The position numbers and the translations under genes were made by a program. The notes beneath the pieces are model-generated. The model saw nothing but the letters and a program-made list of their open reading frames with translations. It was not told the DNA's origin and did no database searches. This document shows, one piece after another, positions 58,172-64,000 of a DNA stretch of 64,000 nt (position 1 is the first letter of the stretch; every line of letters starts with the position of its first letter). This stretch comes from Candidatus Bathyarchaeota archaeon (GTDB lineage Archaea; Thermoproteota; Bathyarchaeia; TCS64). The stretch spans positions 6,819 to 70,818 of the forward strand of contig JAOZHP010000077.1 of NCBI GenBank assembly GCA_026014815.1, written 5' to 3'.

Positions 58172-58190
58172 GTCCCCCTTTTTATTCATC
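58172..58190. terminator. T-rich terminator candidate
   Basis: GTCCCCCTTTTTATTCATC follows the TAA of the pyrI-pyrE fusion. Confidence 0.35.
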
Positions 58191-58207
58191 CCTTCAAGAG
58201 TCAACTC

Positions 58208-59590
58208 ATGGAGAATTTTGACGTCCTCGTGGTGGGCAGCGGCTCAGGGATGATGATAGCCAACGCCGCCGTCAACGCGGGCATGAAAGTGGCCTTGGTG
58301 GAGAAAGGCCTCATGGGAGGTACCTGCCTCAACACCGGGTGCATCCCAAGCAAGATGGTCATCTACCCAGCCGACATTGTCAACCAGATCAAGCACGCCG
58401 AGAGGCTAGGCATCCACGCAAAGATAGAAAGGATTGACTTCGCCGGAATCATGCGGAGGACAAGGGAGTTCGTGGCACACGACCGTAAAACCATGGAAGA
58501 CGCCGTCCCCCACATAGATGGACTCACCTTCTATCCAGAGCAAGGAGAGTTCATCGACGATTACACCATGAAAGTCGGGAATAAGACCATCAAAGCAGAA
58601 AACATTTTCCTCGCATCAGGGTCCCGGCCCCATATACCACCCACAAAAGGTCTCAGCGATGTGGATTATCTCACAAACAGGAACGTCTGGGACCTAGATG
58701 AGGCACCCGAGAGCATGATCATTGTCGGAGGCGGCTTCATCGCCGCTGAGATGGCTCACTTCTTCAGCAGCATGGGCGTCGAGGTCACAGTCCTCAGCAG
58801 AAGCCCACGGCTCCTCAAGCACAGTGAACCCGAGGTCTCAGAGATACTCACTGCCTCCCTCAGACAACGAATACACATAGAGACAGGCATCGAGATGACA
58901 GAGGTCAAAAAGAAAGACAGAGGCATAGAGGTCACCGCGGTCCGAGACGGGCAACCCCACAAGTATCAGGCGGAACAACTCTTCGTTGCCACCGGCAGGG
59001 TAAGCAACGCTGACATCCTCAAGGTGGAGAAGACGGGAGTCGAGGTCGATGAAAGAGGATACATCAAGGTCGACAAGAGCTACCAGACCACGAAGCAGCG
59101 GATATGGGCCTTCGGTGACGCCATAGGAAAGGCAATGTTCAGGCATGTGGCAAACCAGGAGGCACAGCTAGTCTGGCAAGAGTTCAGTGGAGGCCACCCA
59201 CACACAATGGACTACGACAAGGTGCCTTACGCGGTGTTCAGTTGGCCCCAGGTAGCGTCGGTAGGGCTCACGGAGGCCGAAGCGACGCGTCGAGGACTAA
59301 GTTTCAGGATAGGAGAGTACAACTACATTGACACGGCGAAGGGCGCCGCGATGAACGAGGAGGACGGATACGTGAAGATAGTCTTGGAAGCCGAGACATA
59401 CAGGATACTGGGAGCCAGCATCATCGGTCCCTACTCGCCGATACTGATACAGGAAGTCATCAACGTAATGTACGCCGGAGATGGCTCAGTGTACCCCATC
59501 GCTGAGGCGATGCACATCCACCCCGCGCTTCCCGAAGTCGTCCAGAGAGCCATCTACAACCTCAGGGACACTGGGCATCACCACGCGTGA
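58208..59590 (+). CDS. Class-I FAD-dependent pyridine nucleotide-disulfide oxidoreductase (dihydrolipoyl dehydrogenase/glutathione-reductase family)
   Basis: VVGSGSGMM is the FAD-binding GxGxxG, GGTCLNTGCIPSK is the redox-active CxxxxC, and HIHPALPE the C-terminal dimerisation motif. Confidence 0.75.
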   Translation: MENFDVLVVGSGSGMMIANAAVNAGMKVALVEKGLMGGTCLNTGCIPSKMVIYPADIVNQIKHAERLGIHAKIERIDFAGIMRRTREFVAHDRKTMEDAVPHIDGLTFYPEQGEFIDDYTMKVGNKTIKAENIFLASGSRPHIPPTKGLSDVDYLTNRNVWDLDEAPESMIIVGGGFIAAEMAHFFSSMGVEVTVLSRSPRLLKHSEPEVSEILTASLRQRIHIETGIEMTEVKKKDRGIEVTAVRDGQPHKYQAEQLFVATGRVSNADILKVEKTGVEVDERGYIKVDKSYQTTKQRIWAFGDAIGKAMFRHVANQEAQLVWQEFSGGHPHTMDYDKVPYAVFSWPQVASVGLTEAEATRRGLSFRIGEYNYIDTAKGAAMNEEDGYVKIVLEAETYRILGASIIGPYSPILIQEVINVMYAGDGSVYPIAEAMHIHPALPEVVQRAIYNLRDTGHHHA

Positions 59591-59630
59591 TGCTTAAATA
59601 AACTCCTTCAACTGGTTCTCACAGATTCTG

Positions 59631-60113
59631 GTGAGCCAATTGACGACATTAAAGATAGGCGACGACGCCCCCGAGTTCTGCCTCCCTGACGCTGAGAAGG
59701 GGGAGGTCTGTCTGAAGGACCTGAAAGGAAAATGGATTGTCCTCTACTTTTACCCAAAGGACAACACCAAGGGATGCACACTTGAAGCCCTGGACTTCAC
59801 GGCGGCCGAGGACGAGTTCAACGAGAGAGGAACCGTTATTCTCGGCGTGAGCCCAGACTCCCCAGAAAGCCACACCAAGTTCATCGAGAAACATGAACTC
59901 GGGATAACCCTCCTCAGCGACACAGAGAAAAAGATACTTGAGAGCTACGGCGCCTGGCAGCTCAAGAAGATGTATGGACGCGAGTTCATGGGGGTCGTGA
60001 GGAGCACATACCTAATCGACCCGGAAGGCAAGATAGCGTACATCTGGCCCAAAGTCAGGGTCAAGGAACACGCGGATAAGGTGATGGCGAAGCTGGTGGA
60101 GCTTCAGGGTTGA
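59631..60113 (+). CDS. Peroxiredoxin, Bcp/PrxQ type
   Basis: LYFYPKDNTKGCTLEA resembles the Bcp active-site context. 160 aa. GTG start. Confidence 0.7.
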   Translation: MSQLTTLKIGDDAPEFCLPDAEKGEVCLKDLKGKWIVLYFYPKDNTKGCTLEALDFTAAEDEFNERGTVILGVSPDSPESHTKFIEKHELGITLLSDTEKKILESYGAWQLKKMYGREFMGVVRSTYLIDPEGKIAYIWPKVRVKEHADKVMAKLVELQG

Positions 60114-60117
60114 TTAC

Positions 60118-60674
60118 ATGAACGTCACTGATGCCATCCATGAACGAAGAGCCTACCGGAGCCTTGAGCCGGCTGAGATCAACCCGAGCTTGTGAACGAC
60201 CTAGCGACACACGCAGCCCTCGCGGCGTCATGCAACAACTACCAGCCATGGCGTTACGTTTTCGTCTACGAGAAAGATCAGTTAGAGAAGATGTGGACCG
60301 CCCTCAGCAGGGGCAACAAGTGGGTCGAGCTGGCATCCATGATCATAGCTGTGTTCAGTCGCGAGGAAGATGATTGCGTCATCCGGAGTAGAGTGTACCA
60401 TCACTTCGATGTTGGTATGGCTACGGCTCATCTTATTCTACGTGCCACAGAGCTTGGGCTTGTCGCTCACCCCATCGCTGGTTTCAAGCCGAAACGTGTC
60501 AGGGAGGTGCTTGGAATACCTGATGAGTACCAGGTTATCACGTTGGTCAACGTAGGGAAGAAGTCACCTGAGATACATCCATACCTCACCGAGGAACAGG
60601 CGGGTAGGGAAAAAGAGCGACCTAAACGGAAACCCCTTAACGAGTTTGCGTTCCACAACAAGTACTCAGGATAG
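60118..60674 (+). pseudogene. Nitroreductase-family protein with an apparent 1-nt frameshift in a C-run (about 60183-60187) splitting the N-terminal 25 codons from the body
   Basis: Frame 1 from ATG 60118 gives MNVTDAIHERRAYRSLEPAEINPSL then stops. Frame 0 continues (D)QPELVNDLATHAALAASCNNYQPWRYVFV, the nitroreductase N-terminal pattern (R..R.F....I....L...L.AA..APS..N.QPW.F.V). Confidence 0.55.
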
Positions 60675-60783
60675 CAAACCCCAATTTTTTAAGGGTAACC
60701 AATACCCCATTTAATCACGTTATTGAATAACCTAATCTTTAGTATATGATGGACGACCGTGATATGAATAAGAAAAAGTGGGG

Positions 60784-61170
60784 TTATTTTGTAGTTAGGG
60801 TGTACTTGACTCCAATAGGTTCCAAGGCTTCATCTATCTTGTTTATGAGGTTCTCGATCTGTGCCATGTTAGGCTTCTGGAACCACTCGAAGTAAAAATC
60901 GAATTCTCCGACGCTCTCACCTGACTTGCTGATGATAGTGTCGCAACGCTCCTCACTGATGTCTCCGACATCTGTGAAGAAGGTCATCACTTCTTCGGGT
61001 GAGTCAAGGGCAAACCCTGGGCCTCCCATGGAAGGTCCCGCTGTAGGGATGCTTGCCGCCTCGATTGTGGTATCCATTATACATACCTCGGGCATACCGA
61101 TAGCGATCTTCTGCAACGTTTTTAACGCCTTCATCATAGGAGGTCCGTAGATCTTGACGTAGCTTTTCAT
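60784..61170 (-). CDS. Hypothetical protein, 128 aa
   Basis: Clean ORF. No family recognised. Confidence 0.35.
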   Translation of the reverse strand: MKSYVKIYGPPMMKALKTLQKIAIGMPEVCIMDTTIEAASIPTAGPSMGGPGFALDSPEEVMTFFTDVGDISEERCDTIISKSGESVGEFDFYFEWFQKPNMAQIENLINKIDEALEPIGVKYTLTTK

Positions 61171-61255
61171 CTAAATCTCCAATAACTCGACTTAAAGGAC
61201 GATTAATAAACCTTTATTTCGTGTTCAAAGTTAGCTAAAACCCTGGAAAATGGGG

Positions 61256-61729
61256 TTAGATCTCAGAAAGAGCCCTCTGAACCTCATCATAAGGAGGCTC
61301 CACGCCCGGGTTCTCCGACACCCACTTGTACCTGATGACTCCATTCTCATCGAGAATGAATACACTCCGCTTGGCTGCTGTATATCCAGTCAAACCCGCA
61401 AAGTTCTCATGATACACATCATACGCCCTCACTGTCTCCCTGTTGTAGTCGCAAAGCAGTTGAAAGTTCAGGACATTATCCTCATGGAATGCTTTGTTAC
61501 TGAAAGGATCATTGATACTGATTCCAAGAATCGTCGCGTCCAAGTCCTCAAGGTTGGCTATACCATCCCTCAAAGTGCATAGCTCTTTCTTACATGCGCT
61601 GGTGAATGCGCCTGGGTAGAACGCAAGTACAACCTTACTTCCAATATAATCCTTAAGAGTTACAGGCTTCATATTCTGGTTCACTAAGGTGAATCCGGGA
61701 GCATTGTCACCGATATTGAGTTTGCTCAT
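61256..61729 (-). CDS. Peroxiredoxin, Bcp/PrxQ type (second copy)
   Basis: VVLAFYPGAFTSACKKELC carries CxxxxC in the Bcp context. 157 aa. Confidence 0.7.
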   Translation of the reverse strand: MSKLNIGDNAPGFTLVNQNMKPVTLKDYIGSKVVLAFYPGAFTSACKKELCTLRDGIANLEDLDATILGISINDPFSNKAFHEDNVLNFQLLCDYNRETVRAYDVYHENFAGLTGYTAAKRSVFILDENGVIRYKWVSENPGVEPPYDEVQRALSEI

Positions 61730-61905
61730 GTTATTCCCTTGGACATCGCGGGCTTTATAGATTCACAAAAACGAGAATTTTATGAGCTATACACGGTGAA
61801 CCGTAACAATACACGTGAATGAACACAAAAGAATCGAGAAATAAGGTTATTATATCTACTCTGGTCTTGGAAACCGCTATATGTTCACTTTGTCCACTGA
61901 AAACC

Positions 61906-62289
61906 ATGTCATACCCGAAGGCAAATGGAGTTTTAACATTCTTTTATTACAAGGACCTAGCCAAGGCAGGAAATTTTTACGAGGAAATAATGGGCTTTCA
62001 GTTGGTTCAGGATCAGAAATGGGCCAAGATATTCAAGATAAACGATAATGCGTACATGGGCTGCGTAGACGGAAACATCGGTTACCACAAGCCCAGTGAG
62101 AAGAAGCCTGTGATGTTAACAGTTATCGTGGGTGACCCCGATGCTTGGTACGTTCACTTCAAGAAGCATGGAGTAGAGACTTTGAATGAGCCCCACGACG
62201 ACGAGGAGCTTAACTTGAGGATTTTTCTGCTTGAGGACCCGGAGGGCTACGTGATCGAGATTCAAAAGTTCTATAAGCCGCTTCCTTGA
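61906..62289 (+). CDS. Glyoxalase/bleomycin-resistance (VOC) family protein
   Basis: Beta-alpha-beta-beta-beta VOC pattern with FYEEIMGFQLV and YVIEIQ. Start set at the internal ATG 61906. Confidence 0.55.
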   Translation: MSYPKANGVLTFFYYKDLAKAGNFYEEIMGFQLVQDQKWAKIFKINDNAYMGCVDGNIGYHKPSEKKPVMLTVIVGDPDAWYVHFKKHGVETLNEPHDDEELNLRIFLLEDPEGYVIEIQKFYKPLP

Positions 62290-62444
62290 CCATCGAAAAC
62301 TCACTTTTCTTCTTGAAACCGTTGTGGAAGGTAAACACGTATATAAATTTTCAGGATCATTCATCGAAAACCGCTTATACTTGGTACAAGTCACCTTTTT
62401 TAGTCAATCAACAGGATTCTATACATTAATAGGAGTATCCAAAC

Positions 62445-63602
62445 ATGGATCAACTTGAAGCAAAGATCAAGACAGCCATCGAGGAATGTGACTGTGACGC
62501 GGTCTTGGCGTTCGGGGTGGACAACTTCAACTATCTGACAAGAACCGTCCTCCCCTTCGCAGAGCATTATCCAACAAGGAAAGCCGTCGCCCTTTTCCCA
62601 AAGGACGGTGCCCCCGTGGTCGTGTGCCCATATGACTGGTCCGAGGCAGTGATGGATCAGGGATGGAGAGGAGAAGTAGTGGTGTACGACGAGAACGAGG
62701 CAATGGGAGACGAGACCATCGTCAAGAGCCTTGAGCAGCTCTTGGTAAGCTTGGGACTTGACAAGAAGAAGATTGGCATAGACGCCACTAGAGTCACCAA
62801 GGGATTGATAGACTCCGTATCCAAGAAACTACCGGGAGCACAGTTTGAGCCAGTAGACCCTATGATCAACGATTTACGGATCATCAAGACTCCGGGCGAG
62901 ATCAGTTTCATCGAGCAAGTTTGTAAAAAGACTGATAGAGGCATCATCTACGCGCTGATGCACTTGGAGGGAGTCGTCGAGAACCCTGGTTACACTATCG
63001 CGGAGTTCACTGAACGTATCCGTGTCCACGTCAACGAAAACGGAGCAAGCGGAGTAGGACTACTTAACTCTGCCCCAGGCAGCGACGGACAGATATACTA
63101 CACGCCCCAGAGGGGATGGATCAAGAACGGCGACCTGCTCAGGATGGATATCAGTGCTCATTACATGGGTTACTGGACCAACATAGGCAGGATGGCTGTC
63201 ACAGGTAGACCCACATCCGAGCAGGAGTCTGCCTACGAGGACAACCTCAAGCTCAAGAAAGCCGCGTTGGAGATGCTCAAGCCAGAAGTCACTTGCAACG
63301 AGGTCTACGCTCACGTCGTAAGAGCCGCCGAGAAACAGGCAATTGGTTTCTGGAAAGAGGCAGGCATTGGACACGGCGTCGGCGCAAGCCACCATGAGCC
63401 ACCATACCTAAACCTCACATGCAGCACTGAGCTCAAGCCAGGCATGGTGCTGGCACTGGATATCTACACGTATGGACCTAGGCAGGAACTCATTCACAGC
63501 AAGGACATCTACGTGATCACAGAAGAAGGAAACAGGAAGCTAAGCTGGTACAGGAGCTGGGACAAGCTATATGCAGTCACGGGCTTCAGGGCCACCCACT
63601 AG
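62445..63602 (+). CDS. M24-family metallopeptidase (Xaa-Pro aminopeptidase/prolidase/creatinase-like), paralog 1
   Basis: N-terminal creatinase-N-like domain. C-terminal HGVGASHHEPPY (the HGxGHxxHE block) and LALDIYTY. Confidence 0.7.
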   Translation: MDQLEAKIKTAIEECDCDAVLAFGVDNFNYLTRTVLPFAEHYPTRKAVALFPKDGAPVVVCPYDWSEAVMDQGWRGEVVVYDENEAMGDETIVKSLEQLLVSLGLDKKKIGIDATRVTKGLIDSVSKKLPGAQFEPVDPMINDLRIIKTPGEISFIEQVCKKTDRGIIYALMHLEGVVENPGYTIAEFTERIRVHVNENGASGVGLLNSAPGSDGQIYYTPQRGWIKNGDLLRMDISAHYMGYWTNIGRMAVTGRPTSEQESAYEDNLKLKKAALEMLKPEVTCNEVYAHVVRAAEKQAIGFWKEAGIGHGVGASHHEPPYLNLTCSTELKPGMVLALDIYTYGPRQELIHSKDIYVITEEGNRKLSWYRSWDKLYAVTGFRATH

Positions 63603-63614
63603 GAGGATGATGAG

Positions 63615-64000
63615 ATGAAAGACGAGATAATGAACAAGGTCAACGAGAGCCTCCAGACAAGCCAGTACGACGCCGTGCTGGTCTTCGGGTCAGACAACGT
63701 ACAGTACCTCACTGGAGCGTACCTCCACTACCCTGCAAGCTTCCCCGACAGATATATGGCGGTATTCTGGCCTAAGGAAGAAGACCCTGTCTGCATCGTC
63801 CCCCTGGAGTGGGAGAGCAGCTACCTCAACCTGGCGTGGGTGAACAAGACGAGGGCATACACGGAGAAACCTGGCAGCCCAAGCGGCATAGCCGAGGCGT
63901 CCGCGAACCTCGCCAAGAACACTGTCAGGAAGACAGGGAAGATCGGCTTAGACTTGGAGAGGATTCCCCTGCATCTCTACCAGAGGCTTGAGTCCTCATT
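63615..64000 (+). CDS. M24-family metallopeptidase, paralog 2 (N-terminal part; continues beyond the window)
   Basis: MKDEIMNKVNESLQTSQYDAVLVFGSDNVQYLTG parallels the N-terminus of the preceding gene. AGGAGG lies 8 nt upstream of the ATG. Confidence 0.6.
   Translation, partial: MKDEIMNKVNESLQTSQYDAVLVFGSDNVQYLTGAYLHYPASFPDRYMAVFWPKEEDPVCIVPLEWESSYLNLAWVNKTRAYTEKPGSPSGIAEASANLAKNTVRKTGKIGLDLERIPLHLYQRLESS

Noticed and set aside
56067-58221. Arg/His-rich plus-strand ORFs (56067..56363, 56382..56660, 57277..58221) overlapping the 1127-aa gene and the pyrI-pyrE fusion
   Set aside because: These are alternative reading frames of strongly coding sequence. The extreme Arg/His/Gln composition is the typical out-of-frame signature of GC-rich acidic coding DNA.
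1-64000. Global reassignment of TAG to a sense codon (or widespread pyrrolysine use)
   Set aside because: About a quarter of confident genes terminate in TAG. In four cases (7664..8653 to 8663..9355; 30311..31465 to 31469..32659; 41473..42252 to 41008..41463; 62445..63602 to 63615..) the next, unrelated gene follows in the same frame within 3-12 nt. Readthrough would create implausible fusions such as PfkB kinase-RadB. No pylT/pylS/pylBCD-like genes are in the window. In-frame TAGs are confined to two genes.
1-64000. CRISPR arrays, tRNA/rRNA genes, transposases/integrases, prophage
   Set aside because: No direct-repeat/spacer periodicity, no cloverleaf-like GC-rich 70-90-nt segments in the intergenic regions, and no recombinase-like ORFs were seen.

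Overview
The window looks like an archaeal chromosome segment of about 50% GC. Archaeal marker genes support this: CDP-archaeol synthase, a RadB/KaiC-like ATPase, a PyrI-type regulatory domain, an archaeal-type 6-phospho-3-hexuloisomerase, an XPD helicase with an N-terminal zinc ribbon, an AT-rich TATA-like promoter and oligo-T terminators. Genes are densely packed on both strands, roughly 60 CDS. I found no rRNA, tRNA, CRISPR array, transposase or integrase.

Two loci stand out:
- **FtsZ-superfamily cluster (14.3-22.5 kb):** a cluster of uncharacterised membrane and coiled-coil proteins built around a pair of FtsZ/tubulin-superfamily proteins. One is an 889-aa protein with an intact FtsZ-type GTPase domain and a roughly 570-aa coiled-coil tail. 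The other is a 374-aa paralog whose GTP-binding motifs are degenerate but whose T7 loop is retained. They sit with a signal-peptide, single-pass membrane protein with a coiled-coil tail, a 778-aa polytopic membrane protein with a coiled-coil domain, and a 310-aa partner. This is a candidate novel cytoskeletal or membrane-remodelling module.
- **Murein catabolism operon (27.2-33.9 kb):** a tightly packed, bacterial-type operon for MurNAc, anhydroMurNAc and GlcNAc catabolism. It encodes a MurK-like kinase, MurQ, NamZ (DUF1343), NagA, AnmK and an M20 peptidase. In the wider window lie a D-aminoacylase (48.6-50.3 kb) and an S49/SppA peptidase (34.4-36.1 kb). Archaea lack murein, so this points to scavenging of bacterial cell-wall debris.

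Several domain fusions are unusual: PyrI-PyrE, GNAT plus an RPA-like OB fold, and SCP2 plus cupin.

A recurring set of coding anomalies also appears. Two conserved genes (an SpeH-like decarboxylase and a ferritin/hemerythrin-like protein) carry in-frame TAG codons while homology continues past them. Three genes (carS, namZ, a GT4 glycosyltransferase) have conserved N-termini with no ATG, GTG or TTG available, so ATA or CTG initiation is implied. A nitroreductase is frameshifted at a C-run. Real recoding, RNA editing, pseudogenes and sequence error cannot be told apart from sequence alone.
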